From Pseudomonas phage sp. 30-2: 64,000 nucleotides of DNA. The notes under the pieces were generated by a model. That model was not told where the DNA came from and did no database searches. It was given only the letters and a program-made list of their open reading frames with translations. This document shows positions 48,333 through 59,089 of this stretch, piece after piece (position 1 is the stretch's first letter; every line of letters starts with the position of its first letter). A program made the translations under genes and the position numbers. The DNA is taken from the sequence record LC727697.1, one strand, 5' to 3'.

Positions 48333-48527
48333 TCATACACTTCGGTAATAAAAGTATTTAATTACCAGGTTCCCACGTTTATCTGGTAGAATTAGAGACA
48401 TTCGTTGTAAAATATAACTAAAATTGTAATGCAGTCTTACAACTCTACTTCTGCTGCTTATATGTAATATAGTTTCAAATGTAACTATTTTGTCGTTATT
48501 CTGTCTTATATAATCATAAGTGTTCAT
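48333..48527 (-). CDS. hypothetical protein (64 aa)
   Basis: ORF. Confidence 0.35.
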   Translation of the reverse strand: MNTYDYIRQNNDKIVTFETILHISSRSRVVRLHYNFSYILQRMSLILPDKRGNLVIKYFYYRSV

Positions 48528-48530
48528 ATA

Positions 48531-49016
48531 TTAATATCTATCTAATTTTCTAGAAAGTTTTTCTACAAAATCTACAAATCTTGTAAATTTATATTGACTG
48601 GCGATGTTGGTTTTAAATGCAGCAGAAGTGTATGTGTGAAAACATTTTATGAGGTATTTCTTATGTTTTGCTCCGCATACCTTTAGTGCAAATCTACTAG
48701 CAAACATTTCGGAATAAAGACATTTATAAAAATCTTGTGTCTTATTATATAAAAGATACCCGTGTGTAGGACAAATAGGAGTATAGTAATCTAAATAAAT
48801 TTTATAATTAACTAATGTATGATGAATATAATGCCCTATTTCGTGCCAAAATATAGGTATAAAATTACTATTAAATACATTTACGCTAACTGTTATTTTA
48901 TCTGCGTTATCTATTTGTAAACTTCCTGTATCTAATTTTACAAAAGGATTAAATTTAATTCTATACCGTTTGCATATTCGTCTTGCAAGTATAAAATTAT
49001 ATATAGGATTATTCAT
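48531..49016 (-). CDS. putative HExxH zinc metallopeptidase (161 aa)
   Basis: FWHEIGHYIHH motif. ATGA coupling with the paralog-family gene upstream. Confidence 0.5.
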   Translation of the reverse strand: MNNPIYNFILARRICKRYRIKFNPFVKLDTGSLQIDNADKITVSVNVFNSNFIPIFWHEIGHYIHHTLVNYKIYLDYYTPICPTHGYLLYNKTQDFYKCLYSEMFASRFALKVCGAKHKKYLIKCFHTYTSAAFKTNIASQYKFTRFVDFVEKLSRKLDRY

Positions 49017-49321
49017 ATTCCCGTCATATCGTGTAAAGGAACAGAAGATTCATCTGTAACAGATGTGTCTATGTAGGCAAATTTATCGTGTATTCGGTTT
49101 GCATTCTTACTTATATAGATAATGATATCTATAGAACCGTCTTTAATGTCGTTAAACAAAATGTCAGTAAATACAATGCATTTGCATCTTCTTTTGTGTA
49201 ACGTCATTATAGCAGATAAATTAGAATCACTATAAATATGAATAAGTGTTGCGCCGCCGCGCTGGAATCCTCCTATTACAGACGTACATCTTTGAAGTAT
49301 CAGTATTAAATTTATATTCAT
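49013..49321 (-). CDS. paralog-array family member (distal cluster)
   Basis: NLILILQRCT ... IDIIIYISKNAN. Confidence 0.45.
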   Translation of the reverse strand: MNINLILILQRCTSVIGGFQRGGATLIHIYSDSNLSAIMTLHKRRCKCIVFTDILFNDIKDGSIDIIIYISKNANRIHDKFAYIDTSVTDESSVPLHDMTGI

Positions 49322-49575
49322 CGAAGTATGTGCATTGCTCTTAATAGTTCTAAATCTTTAATATAGATTGCATCTTTGCCTATAGTATTGGTATTACGCG
49401 AAATATATAATATGAAATAAATGCATTTTATTCGTTTCATACATATATCTGTAAATAAGAATCCAATACCACTTCTTCTATTAATTAAAAAATATCCACT
49501 ATTAAAACAACCGAACAGTATTGTATTTTTATTATATGTTATTTTATGTAACAGTCGCTGTACAATGAATATCAT
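49318..49575 (-). CDS. paralog-array family member (distal cluster)
   Basis: CIYFILYISRNTN motif. ATGA coupling. Confidence 0.4.
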   Translation of the reverse strand: MIFIVQRLLHKITYNKNTILFGCFNSGYFLINRRSGIGFLFTDICMKRIKCIYFILYISRNTNTIGKDAIYIKDLELLRAMHILR

Positions 49576-49584
49576 AATTTAGGA

Positions 49585-49911
49585 TTATGTTTTGGGGCGG
49601 GTAAAGAATATAGTAATTCCAAGTTCAGTATCTACTTGTGCTGTACCTGTAGAACCCAAAAATGATATTTCGTCTGAATTTATTGATATATACAATATAA
49701 AATTTTCATCATATATTCCAATATCTTGGATACTATCAATATATAATAAAAATTTCATATTACTGCTAAACGAACCTATATCCATATTGTTATAATTCCG
49801 TGCAGATATCTTGACACTTTTACCGATTCCAAATAATCTTATTTTTGGGTTTCCTAAGTAGGAAAATTTATTAACGCATGCTTGGAAACATAATATAATT
49901 TGTTCATTCAT
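49585..49911 (-). CDS. paralog-array family member (distal cluster)
   Basis: EQIILCFQACV ... FILYISINSDE. Confidence 0.45.
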   Translation of the reverse strand: MNEQIILCFQACVNKFSYLGNPKIRLFGIGKSVKISARNYNNMDIGSFSSNMKFLLYIDSIQDIGIYDENFILYISINSDEISFLGSTGTAQVDTELGITIFFTRPKT

Positions 49912-49913
49912 AT

Positions 49914-50237
49914 TTAATCTGCAAAAAATTTAACTTTTTCCTGAAAATATCCAGTACCTAAACAAAATGTATCGTTATGTAGGGTTATACAGCCATAGTC
50001 ATCAGTCACAGTTATTGTTTTTATATTTGACTGGATATATAATATTGATTCTAGTGGTATAGTTTTGCCCATACATTGAACAAAAAGCATAGTGAATTCT
50101 GTATTGACTATTATATTATGTAGATATGTATTATTGTCACTATACATACACAAATATAACACATCATCCTTGCCATATTCAAATTCCATTTTATATATTT
50201 TATTAGATACAATTAACGGTATATTAACAGAGACCAT
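49914..50237 (-). CDS. paralog-array family member (distal cluster)
   Basis: ESILYIQSNIKT motif. Confidence 0.4.
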   Translation of the reverse strand: MVSVNIPLIVSNKIYKMEFEYGKDDVLYLCMYSDNNTYLHNIIVNTEFTMLFVQCMGKTIPLESILYIQSNIKTITVTDDYGCITLHNDTFCLGTGYFQEKVKFFAD

Positions 50238-50679
50238 TAAAATATACTCCGTTTGTTAAATGTTACTTGCAAATCAATAAGTATATTTTTACTTGTATTT
50301 AATATAGTATTATAAGATTGAATGTGCATAAAGTCTGAGATAATAAAATTTTTAATTGTAACATTTCCGTAATGTATATTATAAGATAGGTTAAATCTAG
50401 AATTTAAAAATATACATCATTCTAGCAAATTATTATATTTGTAAGAATACGTACCCCTAGCGTTATAGCTGCAAAAATGCGTTATTTTGCATGCTAGTTT
50501 GCATAGTAGTGCAGTATACACAAAGCACACAAACAACGCATTATGCGCGTGTTTTGTGCTGTTTACGTATGCATTATTTTGCATGCTTTGCAGCAACTGT
50601 AAAAAGCATTTAAATTCCCAACTGTCATTGTATATCATAAAAAGAATACCATATATAGTCTAGTATCGTATTAAATAAA

Positions 50680-51765
50680 TTATATATGATTTAATACTTC
50701 ATTTATAAAACTATCATCGTATTCATATGGGTTAATTTCATCAGTTACAGTTGTTTTACGGACGATTTTATTTTTAAAGTCTACGTATAAGGGTAATGCA
50801 TTGCTAGCACTGATATATTTGTAAGATAGCCATTTCTTGGGAATAGCTACATATGTTCCGGGAATTCCGTTACTGACAAACATTTCACTAATATCGTCGA
50901 TTTCTTGATACAACGAAGGAACACCTACTGTATATTGCAGTCCGTATAGATAACTTCCGGTGCCTAGCGTCCGCCCGGTTGCCACATCAAATCTGCGGTC
51001 AAATACACGATGTCCTTCTTTTGTGCAATAATAAAACGCCTTTAAGAAATACTTTTCATATATACTCGATAGATCACCTACATCTAATTGTTTTAATTTT
51101 AGTATAACATTGTACATGTCTTCGTCATATGATTTTAATTTTTCAAATTCGTTCTTATACACATTATGATCAGAATTTATATACCATGCATATCTTCCGC
51201 CTACAAGATCTACTGCCATTTTTGCTAGACCTTTTTCTTCTTGATGATTAGGCAAGTTGATTGTCAAAAATAATTGTTTGCCACATTCAGTTGATGCCTT
51301 CCCTAGGTATATAACGGAATTTCCTACTTTATCTTTATATGCCCTAAATGGAATTAGTTCTTTTGCAGTTTTCTTTGCACTGGCAGAAATTACATTATCT
51401 GCCGGAATAATTCTATAACTACTAGAACTAAAATCAAATGAAAACTTACCTTTAATTACACCTTCCGAAACAGAAATGTTTTTTGTATGTAAAAGTTCTA
51501 CAAGAGATTCTGCCCTCAGATCAAATCTGCCATACATATCTATCTCTTTTATATATATTGCTGCTTGCATTACTTTCGCACTTCCGTGTCTAGTAGATAT
51601 ATCCTTTAAAATATGTATTTCGTCAAATATGTTTTGTACATTTCTTACACAATTTGTAAAACTGTAGGAAGGTTCAGGGCTAGTAATTTTTTTAGGCCAA
51701 ATCTGTACTTGTTTCTTTGTTTTTGTTTGTAGTTCTACGTCAGTATACCATATATTAATATTCAT
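50680..51765 (-). CDS. hypothetical protein (361 aa)
   Basis: Long ORF. No motif confidently recognised. Confidence 0.6.
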   Translation of the reverse strand: MNINIWYTDVELQTKTKKQVQIWPKKITSPEPSYSFTNCVRNVQNIFDEIHILKDISTRHGSAKVMQAAIYIKEIDMYGRFDLRAESLVELLHTKNISVSEGVIKGKFSFDFSSSSYRIIPADNVISASAKKTAKELIPFRAYKDKVGNSVIYLGKASTECGKQLFLTINLPNHQEEKGLAKMAVDLVGGRYAWYINSDHNVYKNEFEKLKSYDEDMYNVILKLKQLDVGDLSSIYEKYFLKAFYYCTKEGHRVFDRRFDVATGRTLGTGSYLYGLQYTVGVPSLYQEIDDISEMFVSNGIPGTYVAIPKKWLSYKYISASNALPLYVDFKNKIVRKTTVTDEINPYEYDDSFINEVLNHI

Positions 51766-51845
51766 AGATATATTCTCAATACATTATAGTAAGGACATTA
51801 TAGCATAAAACAATATTTTTGTGCTAAAGGTATGCGCAGACAAAT

Positions 51846-51868
51846 AAAAAGGGCTTTAAGCCCTTTTT
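51846..51868. terminator. hairpin aaaaagggctt-taa-gcccttttt, bidirectional
   Basis: Perfect stem flanked by A and T runs. Confidence 0.6.
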
Positions 51869-51881
51869 ATTGATTTTCGTT

Positions 51882-52124
51882 CTACAAAAATAGATTGTAG
51901 CATGTTATTATTGAAATTAAAATTCCTAACACAACGGGAACATAAATCCATTTATTGCGAACCCGTTTATTAACAACAAATGTGTTATACAGAGCTACTA
52001 ACATTACCACTAATGATACTGCCATAATCATAAATGTCACAAGAAAAAGTCCAATATTTCCGTCTTGCATGCTCGACCAAAACGCTGCTTCTACCGGATT
52101 TCTGTACACTATAATTTCTTGCAT
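51882..52124 (-). CDS. small membrane protein (80 aa, 2 TM)
   Basis: Two hydrophobic helices. Confidence 0.5.
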   Translation of the reverse strand: MQEIIVYRNPVEAAFWSSMQDGNIGLFLVTFMIMAVSLVVMLVALYNTFVVNKRVRNKWIYVPVVLGILISIITCYNLFL

Positions 52125-52185
52125 GATAGTATCCTACTATGCGGTTTGTTGTTGCATAATACAATTAAACAGTAACTGTGTCAAA

Positions 52186-52212
52186 AGAAAAGCGCATATA
52201 AAAGCGCTTTTC
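52186..52212. terminator. hairpin gaaaagcgc-atataaaa-gcgcttttc
   Basis: Perfect 9-bp stem. Confidence 0.55.
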
Positions 52213-52227
52213 TTTGTTTAGATTTTA

Positions 52228-53208
52228 TTAAAAATCTTTTGTTACACGAACTATCATTTTTGCACTAACAGTATTAAAGTTAGTTTTATGGGTTGCTTCT
52301 AATTTGATAATAAATGTACCTACTATAGGATCTTCTTCACCTACGGGAGGCACAACATTATCTTTAAAGAACGTGTATCTAAGAGTATTTTGAACACACC
52401 GATTATCAGGATCGGATGCACTGTCAGTAATATCTCCATCTAAAACTGTATTTTTCCATACATATGTATCTTCTTTTGCTAAAGTAAATACAGCCGGGTT
52501 TTGTTCTTTGCCTTCTGAATTACAATATGCAGTAAGAACAACGTTGTATTCTGTAGTTATATCTGTTACTGCCGGAGATACGATACCTACACAATAGTCA
52601 AACGCCCAATCTTGTGTTGAAGAAGTTAGAGATATATCATACGAACCGTCGTCGTTTATTTTTCTGTTAATAACAGAACCGCGCAAGTGTGCAGACAATG
52701 CAAGTTCAATTATATTATTTTTAGATACTAACATTCCTGATGCCGGTATTCCCGAACCAGTCCATAATGTTCCGTTTTCTTTCTTAAATGCAGTACTGGC
52801 ATTTGCAAGCAACGTTTGATTACTTGGTTGCGGGACAGAACTAGTATCAGGTTGTAATCCTGTTTCTTCGTCTACTACCCATTGTGTTTGTCCGCCGAAT
52901 TGAATTTCGCCAGTGGAATTAACTGCTACTAATCCGTATTGTTGTATTTTAGAAACAGTTATGTCACTATCTACTTCGCCTACGAATATAACCCCTTCGC
53001 CTTCGTTTAAATCAGCTAATTTAGAATTAACTAGAAAGACATCGCCTATAGTGTCGTTAACGTTTACTTTATATTTACGAGTACCTTTTTGTGCTACTAT
53101 AAAACCCTCGGCAGCATTAGTCATACCAGGTAACTTAGCATATATGCTTAACTTAGGTTGGCCCGTTTCGCTTTCACCAAACCAATCGCTTTTAATAGGT
53201 CTTCCCAT
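52228..53208 (-). CDS. hypothetical protein (326 aa), Ser/Thr/Asn/Gly-rich; a structural-protein role is only a guess
   Basis: Long ORF with moderate GC. Confidence 0.6.
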   Translation of the reverse strand: MGRPIKSDWFGESETGQPKLSIYAKLPGMTNAAEGFIVAQKGTRKYKVNVNDTIGDVFLVNSKLADLNEGEGVIFVGEVDSDITVSKIQQYGLVAVNSTGEIQFGGQTQWVVDEETGLQPDTSSVPQPSNQTLLANASTAFKKENGTLWTGSGIPASGMLVSKNNIIELALSAHLRGSVINRKINDDGSYDISLTSSTQDWAFDYCVGIVSPAVTDITTEYNVVLTAYCNSEGKEQNPAVFTLAKEDTYVWKNTVLDGDITDSASDPDNRCVQNTLRYTFFKDNVVPPVGEEDPIVGTFIIKLEATHKTNFNTVSAKMIVRVTKDF

Positions 53209-53293
53209 GGAAAACTCCTCCTTTACAAGATAACACTATTTAGTTATATAATGCGATAAATAAGCATATACATATAATACAGGATTAAAGATT

Positions 53294-53488
53294 ATGAAAC
53301 TTTCCGAAATATGCATACTAGAATCGTCAGAATTAGACGAAGAATTAAAACATATAAATGGAAAATGGGCACTTGTTTCTAAAAAGACAGGGAAGCCCCT
53401 TAGATATTATGAGGGTAAAGGAAAACCTTCTAAAGACTGGGTTTCTAAACAAGAAAAATCTATCCAGTATTGGAAACATAACGGATAG
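53294..53488 (+). CDS. small basic protein (64 aa), first gene of the plus-strand trio
   Basis: AGGATTAAAGATTATG context. Followed after 6 nt by the next ATG. Confidence 0.5.
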   Translation: MKLSEICILESSELDEELKHINGKWALVSKKTGKPLRYYEGKGKPSKDWVSKQEKSIQYWKHNG

Positions 53489-53494
53489 GATATA

Positions 53495-54184
53495 ATGAAA
53501 ATTTTAGAATTTAATCTAATAGAAAAGGCAAGCGAAAGTATAATATTATCTACTATTGCAAAAATAATATGGTTTGTTATAGAAAAGAATGCAGAAAATA
53601 AAATATACAATTCATACAAACTAAAAGATTTAATAAAACAAGAATATTTCGATAAGTATCCTGTTTTAAATAATATTTCCGATTTAATAATACGTCCGTA
53701 TGCGAATGAGCATCCAGAACAATACAACGGTGCTTTTATTCAAAGAACTGATGGCAAAAATCTCATAGCACTTTTTGATATAGGTCCGGATTCATATAAA
53801 AATGATATAACATACACAAATACCTTAGTTCATGAATTACAACATGCATTAGATAGTTCTAAGGGTAATCCATTATTATATAAACATACAAACAATTCAG
53901 ATAAACATAAAGAATATTTAAATCAAAAATACGAAATAAATGCAAGAATAGCCGAATTATTAAATGATCTTAAGGTTATATTTTTGCAGTATTGGGGATC
54001 TTCAAAAGAAATACCATCCAAAGAATGGTTTCTAGATAATATAGAAAAATTCGCAAAAGGTCATCAGCTTACATACTTAAAGAAAGAAAATCCAAAAGTA
54101 TGGAAACGAATAGTATCTAGATGTTACGAATTGTATGTTACATTAAAGAAAAGGGCAGAAAATCGTGCGACTGAACGAAATTAA
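53495..54184 (+). CDS. HExxH-motif protein, paralog 1 (putative zinc metallopeptidase, ImmA/IrrE- or FtsH-peptidase-like motif)
   Basis: LVHELQHALDSSKG and YEINARIAELL. N-terminal MKILEFNLIEK shared with paralog 2. Confidence 0.6.
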   Translation: MKILEFNLIEKASESIILSTIAKIIWFVIEKNAENKIYNSYKLKDLIKQEYFDKYPVLNNISDLIIRPYANEHPEQYNGAFIQRTDGKNLIALFDIGPDSYKNDITYTNTLVHELQHALDSSKGNPLLYKHTNNSDKHKEYLNQKYEINARIAELLNDLKVIFLQYWGSSKEIPSKEWFLDNIEKFAKGHQLTYLKKENPKVWKRIVSRCYELYVTLKKRAENRATERN

Positions 54185-54917
54185 TTTAATCGAAACTTCA
54201 GACGAAGAACTGATTATTCAAAATATTGCGAAAATGTGTGTAGCAAACGCCGTATCATATTTCAATAATTTAAAGCAACACAGAGAAGAAATAGAAGATC
54301 AATTGTTGTTGAAAAACTACGATTGGCCGACTGTACAATTAATGTTAAGTACCCATAGTGTTGTTTTAAAAAATATAATTCCCGATGATATATTTGATAA
54401 TTTGTACAATGAATTTAAAGATATTCAGGTAGTGTTTGACATTTCCGGACAACACGGTGCAAAGAAAGGAGAATACAACTTAGTATCTAATACGATATAT
54501 GTTTATACTCATTATTATGGTAATTCTTTTAGTAATAACAAGAGTGTAGTTTCAACTATAGTACATGAGTTAAGGCATGCACTAGATAAAAATAAAGGAC
54601 AACCGTTTAAGAATGAAAAAATAAAAAGATACGATCCGGCATCTTCGGATACATATTATAGACAATCATACGAAATAAATGCAAGAATAAGTCAAGCTTT
54701 AGAACAAACTGTAGATCAATTTAGTTTTTTATACAAAAAAGGAACTGTATTAACAAAAGAAGAATTTATAAATGCATTTATAGAAAATGCACACATAAAT
54801 TATATTATGTTTCTTAAAAATGAAAATCCCAGAGCATACAAACGTATAATCAAACGTGCATATGATTTATATAATACTATAATGACTAAAATTTCAAATA
54901 ATAAAACAGGAGCCTAA
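54165..54917 (+). CDS. HExxH-motif protein, paralog 2
   Basis: IVHELRHALDKNKG and YEINARISQAL. Overlaps paralog 1 by 20 nt. Confidence 0.6.
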   Translation: MRLNEINLIETSDEELIIQNIAKMCVANAVSYFNNLKQHREEIEDQLLLKNYDWPTVQLMLSTHSVVLKNIIPDDIFDNLYNEFKDIQVVFDISGQHGAKKGEYNLVSNTIYVYTHYYGNSFSNNKSVVSTIVHELRHALDKNKGQPFKNEKIKRYDPASSDTYYRQSYEINARISQALEQTVDQFSFLYKKGTVLTKEEFINAFIENAHINYIMFLKNENPRAYKRIIKRAYDLYNTIMTKISNNKTGA

Positions 54918-54930
54918 TGCTCCTGTTTTA
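54904..54930. terminator. bidirectional hairpin aaaacaggagc-ctaat-gctcctgtttt between the convergent units
   Basis: Perfect 11-bp stem, A-run on one side and T-run on the other. Confidence 0.7.
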
Positions 54931-54947
54931 TTATATAGAAACTACTG

Positions 54948-55211
54948 TTAGGTGTCTACATTTTGTAATTTTGTTGATATTTCAGTTTTAGTAGAATTAA
55001 TTTCTTTGTTTAATTCCTTTATTTCCAGATTTAGTGCTTTTTGTTGTTCCAATAATTCATTCATATTTTTAATAAGATTATCCCTACTATTAGAATACCC
55101 TGGAGAGTTTTCTTTTCCGGCAAATATAAATCCATATGTCAACGCATATATAATTCCGGATATAGCTAATATGAATACCAGTGAAAAATATGCAATGAAA
55201 TATCTACGCAT
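54948..55211 (-). CDS. small membrane-anchored coiled-coil protein (87 aa)
   Basis: N-terminal TM helix, then LEQQKALNLEIKELNKEINSTKTEISTKLQN heptads. Confidence 0.5.
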   Translation of the reverse strand: MRRYFIAYFSLVFILAISGIIYALTYGFIFAGKENSPGYSNSRDNLIKNMNELLEQQKALNLEIKELNKEINSTKTEISTKLQNVDT

Positions 55212-55216
55212 ATTGT

Positions 55217-56644
55217 TTAGTTCCCGAAACCAATTTTTTGTTTCTTAAGTTGGACTTTAAAGTCAGGATTATCCATATTGTAAATGTCTGCTAGCGTCAT
55301 TTCGCCTTTTGCTACATATGTCCCTGTTCCGTATTTTTTGTCTAAAAGATTTTGGGATTTTTCTTTTGTTAATTTGTTAAATTCATACTCTGCATTTAAC
55401 CGACCTTTACGAGTTAATGCACTGTCAATTTCTGAAATTTTACAGTTAAACGTACAAATAAACTGACACCGAACAGCATCACCTAGAATACCGTCACTCA
55501 TGTTAAGAAGGTTAGACACTGCCGAACTGCCGCCGCCCTCCCGAGGACGGAGAATATTTTCTGCGTCTTCTACTATAAACACACTATCTTTGTGGTTCAT
55601 AACAAACGAGACAAACTGAGGTCTGGCTAACTCCGGAGCCATATCAGAAGGAACATATATGAGTTTCTTCTTTTTAGCTTTATTTGCAATGTATCGGATG
55701 AAATTAGTTTTACCAGTTCCTCGTTCGCCATAAAGGAGTGTTATACCTTTACTAGAACTAATAATTTTTTCTACTATATATTCAGATGTGTCTTTAAAAT
55801 CATCGTTATAATTTTCTTCAATAAAGGCATCTATGTTTTGCAGAGGAGTCATGTCAAACGACTCTAAATCATAACCGTGGGAATCAGCCACAATAATATT
55901 AATTTCCGGTTTTTCTTCTTTTACTTTAGGATATGCATTTGCATATACTTTTCCAAATTCTTCTACAAACCTAGCTACATTACAACTATCATTTGCAGAA
56001 ATTACCATAAACCGTACACTATCGTAAATATCTGTAATTCTAGAAATAGCTGCTTTTTCGTTTCCTATTACCCAAATTTCCTCAGATGCAACGTCTGCAT
56101 CTCGCTCTGCATCAGATGACGAATAAGATGTTATATTTGTATATTTTTTGGAGATTATATCAAACGATTCTTTACTTAGGCAAGTTTTAAATGCTTCTTC
56201 TACTGCCTTTGTGTTACAATCTATAAATGCTACCCACGTTTTTCTTATAGGCGATTCATTAAAGACATTAGAGAATTCTTCTTCCAGAGAAAACTCAATA
56301 TCGTTGCTATTACGTGTGTAAGTTCTGTTAACTTGAGTCATTCCGGCATCCTCTTTATAATTCATAATAACTTTGTTAGTGTAAGATGTGCAACCTGAAA
56401 CATTTCCTGCAGTGTTGCGTATTAATTGACAGGGTATATCGTCAGAATATATCGACGATCTTCCTGCATATTTGCTATCTCCTGCCCAACTACAGATAGC
56501 AGCATCCTCTGCTATTATATTCTTTGTAAAATAGTGATCAAATGCTCCATTTAATTTCCCGCTCATCATATGGGGAATTTTAATCTTAACTGCTACTTTT
56601 GATATCAATCTATGAGAAGATGAAAGATTTATATTACGCCGCAT
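55217..56644 (-). CDS. classical-clade AAA+ ATPase with a roughly 230-aa N-terminal domain of unknown function
   Basis: Walker A LLYGERGTGKT. Walker B VFIVEDAE. Second region of homology REGGGSSAVSNLLNMSDG...ICTFNCKISEIDSALTRKGRL. The start ATG (MRRNINL) overlaps the upstream stop by 8 nt. Confidence 0.7.
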   Translation of the reverse strand: MRRNINLSSSHRLISKVAVKIKIPHMMSGKLNGAFDHYFTKNIIAEDAAICSWAGDSKYAGRSSIYSDDIPCQLIRNTAGNVSGCTSYTNKVIMNYKEDAGMTQVNRTYTRNSNDIEFSLEEEFSNVFNESPIRKTWVAFIDCNTKAVEEAFKTCLSKESFDIISKKYTNITSYSSSDAERDADVASEEIWVIGNEKAAISRITDIYDSVRFMVISANDSCNVARFVEEFGKVYANAYPKVKEEKPEINIIVADSHGYDLESFDMTPLQNIDAFIEENYNDDFKDTSEYIVEKIISSSKGITLLYGERGTGKTNFIRYIANKAKKKKLIYVPSDMAPELARPQFVSFVMNHKDSVFIVEDAENILRPREGGGSSAVSNLLNMSDGILGDAVRCQFICTFNCKISEIDSALTRKGRLNAEYEFNKLTKEKSQNLLDKKYGTGTYVAKGEMTLADIYNMDNPDFKVQLKKQKIGFGN

Positions 56645-56963
56645 ATATCCATCCCAACATAGCAACTAACACTACAGCGATGCCAGATATAACACCTACC
56701 GTAGTTGCAATATTTTTCTCTGGTTTTATCAATTCTATTATTTTACAACTTTTTAATCCACATAGAAGACCTATAATACAATACAAAACTACTATAGTTG
56801 TATAAACCGAGTCGGATACCAAATTTTGTACATTATTTAATTTAGACACATAACACAGAAATACTGTAGTTACTATACAACTAAAAAGAAATATAACGTT
56901 TGACAGAACTATATAGGAAAATCCGTTATAAAAATCTAAAATATGTTTAATTATATTTTTCAT
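56634..56963 (-). CDS. membrane protein (109 aa, 3 TM)
   Basis: Three hydrophobic helices. Confidence 0.5.
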   Translation of the reverse strand: MKNIIKHILDFYNGFSYIVLSNVIFLFSCIVTTVFLCYVSKLNNVQNLVSDSVYTTIVVLYCIIGLLCGLKSCKIIELIKPEKNIATTVGVISGIAVVLVAMLGWIYAA

Positions 56964-56973
56964 TATATTTCCA

Positions 56974-57600
56974 CTATATAAAAGTTATGTTATGTTCTTG
57001 TGCGTAACTAATTAAAGATTTAAGTTTCTTATCGGATTTTCTTATTCTGTTTCTTGCTTCGTGTTGTAAGTGTTCTGGTAATTGACGTATATAGGTATTA
57101 ATTATTTCTTCTAATTGTTTATATTGCATTCCTTTGTTTGTATGACAATTTTCTTTTATTAAACTTTGCGATAACGCATATTCTTCCCTGCCTTTAGCAA
57201 CAATTATATTTTGTTCTTCTATAGATTTAAATAGTTTGTTTGCAAGCTTAGACGAATTAATTGCAGTTAGTGCATCACCTACATTATGCATATATTTGTC
57301 GAATCCCTTCATTTTAGATAAAGGGTTATTTTTTAATGCGCCGGAAGTATATGCAGATACAGTAATGTTTGATATTTCTATAAATGCAGGCGAAAGAGAA
57401 ACTAATTCTTTTGCAGAAGAAGAAATTATATAATAGTTTTTAGAAAACCAAGTTCCTTTCCTGCAAACTACTTGTCTATCTAATATGTCGCCGTGTCCAT
57501 CGTCTATCATTTTTTCTAAAGAGATGTTTATTTTATAAATTTCTAAAATAAGAGAATTTGCAACAGACCTAAATATGTTTGCATGCGAACTGTATATCAT
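56974..57600 (-). CDS. hypothetical protein (208 aa)
   Basis: ORF in the operon. Confidence 0.5.
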   Translation of the reverse strand: MIYSSHANIFRSVANSLILEIYKINISLEKMIDDGHGDILDRQVVCRKGTWFSKNYYIISSSAKELVSLSPAFIEISNITVSAYTSGALKNNPLSKMKGFDKYMHNVGDALTAINSSKLANKLFKSIEEQNIIVAKGREEYALSQSLIKENCHTNKGMQYKQLEEIINTYIRQLPEHLQHEARNRIRKSDKKLKSLISYAQEHNITFI

Positions 57601-57986
57601 ACAATATATTCCACTTCGCCTAAATCTACGTATACAGACAAATTATTACCTATAATTCCTATTTTTGTTTCAAACAAAAATAAATTATCCACATTAGTAA
57701 TAGTGTCTAACTTTTCTTTTGTTTTAGAGTGATATTTTGCTGCAAGTTTAATGGAATGGTATATGTTATCTTTCGATTTAACAGAAAATTCTATTATTAA
57801 TTTCTTTTTACATTTGTATGATATAAAAGAATTAGAAATAAATTCGTAGTGCTCAGCTGAACATCCGGAAATACACTTTAAAATAATAGAATTATATATA
57901 GAGAAATACCCGTAATGCTCTGTCTCTTTTTTATTATACAGATACTCGGTTATAAACTTTTCGAAATTATACATTGGTAATCTCAA
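57597..57986 (-). CDS. hypothetical protein (129 aa)
   Basis: ATGA coupling. Confidence 0.5.
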   Translation of the reverse strand: MRLPMYNFEKFITEYLYNKKETEHYGYFSIYNSIILKCISGCSAEHYEFISNSFISYKCKKKLIIEFSVKSKDNIYHSIKLAAKYHSKTKEKLDTITNVDNLFLFETKIGIIGNNLSVYVDLGEVEYIV

Positions 57987-58008
57987 AAGTTTTTAAATAT
58001 ATTACATT

Positions 58009-58488
58009 TTAACACTTTTGTATAAAAACACAACTAGTTATTTTTAAATTAATTGAAGTATTAGGTTCTTCGATGTAGCAGATTAATTGTTTGTCATTAT
58101 AATAACTTCTATATCCATATAAAATATTTCCAGATTTAGTAACAACTCTGTTACTTCCTTTAAAAAACACAGTATCGGACTTTACTTCTATCCAACCGTC
58201 CAATTTAAGAGAGTTGTAAATTGTATCTATTGTTCTTTTTTGAATTGTTAATTCTAATAAATTTTCCCACGGGTTATCTTCATCACCAGAACCCCAGCAA
58301 GCATCGCACCGGCCGGGTGTTATTGCATTCCCTCCGACTGCACCTCTGTTCCACATAGCAGTAGATCCATAACAAATAATTCCGTAGCCCATACATTTTT
58401 TACAAGGATTTTTTATATGTCTTAATTTTAGACCTTGATCTTTTAATAATTCTATTTCTCTTCGGAGAGATTGTATGGTTTCATTCAT
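58009..58488 (-). CDS. DnaJ-type zinc-finger (CxxCxGxG x2) protein
   Basis: CKKCMGYG and CDACWGSG repeats. Confidence 0.55.
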   Translation of the reverse strand: MNETIQSLRREIELLKDQGLKLRHIKNPCKKCMGYGIICYGSTAMWNRGAVGGNAITPGRCDACWGSGDEDNPWENLLELTIQKRTIDTIYNSLKLDGWIEVKSDTVFFKGSNRVVTKSGNILYGYRSYYNDKQLICYIEEPNTSINLKITSCVFIQKC

Positions 58489-59089
58489 TTATTAATACCG
58501 GAAAAATTATATTAGAGTTTTTATCTATTTCTAATACCAAATTATAGGATTCTATTACAGGCATGCTGTATTCTGTTTTATTGATCTTAGGAAATATAAC
58601 AGTTATAGCCGAACTATTTACACTTACATTAGGTCCTCCGAGTATGTGTGAATTAGTCCAGTATGTCCACACACGTATAAAACCGCCGTAATCACCTATA
58701 TTCAAGTTTTTGTAATTATGAAGTACGATAGAATTGGATGCAATCCTAGATAGTATATAGGGAATATATTTGTATAACTCATTTGCTTTGGATATTATAG
58801 ATATATAAGAATAAAAAATTCTATTCTTCTTTAATTTGTTTGAATTTAATAATTTAATTTCAGTGGGATAGATATTATTTTCCGGATCGTCATTTAAAGA
58901 TCCATATTTATAATAAAATAAATCCAATTCGCACGAATGAATTATACAATTATAAAAATTGCTCTCAAAACATATTATGCATGAATTTCGAACTACATCG
59001 AAACTAGAAAGTCTGCAGTTATATATAAGATAGCTAACTCCAAATATATTCCCGTATTCAGACTTTCCTATTTCTTTTAAATTTAACAT
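58481..59089 (-). CDS. hypothetical protein (202 aa)
   Basis: 8-nt overlap coupling. Confidence 0.5.
   Translation of the reverse strand: MLNLKEIGKSEYGNIFGVSYLIYNCRLSSFDVVRNSCIICFESNFYNCIIHSCELDLFYYKYGSLNDDPENNIYPTEIKLLNSNKLKKNRIFYSYISIISKANELYKYIPYILSRIASNSIVLHNYKNLNIGDYGGFIRVWTYWTNSHILGGPNVSVNSSAITVIFPKINKTEYSMPVIESYNLVLEIDKNSNIIFPVLINE

Noticed and set aside
50680-51765. RNA or DNA ligase assignment for the 361-aa protein
   Set aside because: A KEIDMYGR segment superficially resembles nucleotidyltransferase motif I (KxDG), but the spacing is wrong and motifs III to V were not found.
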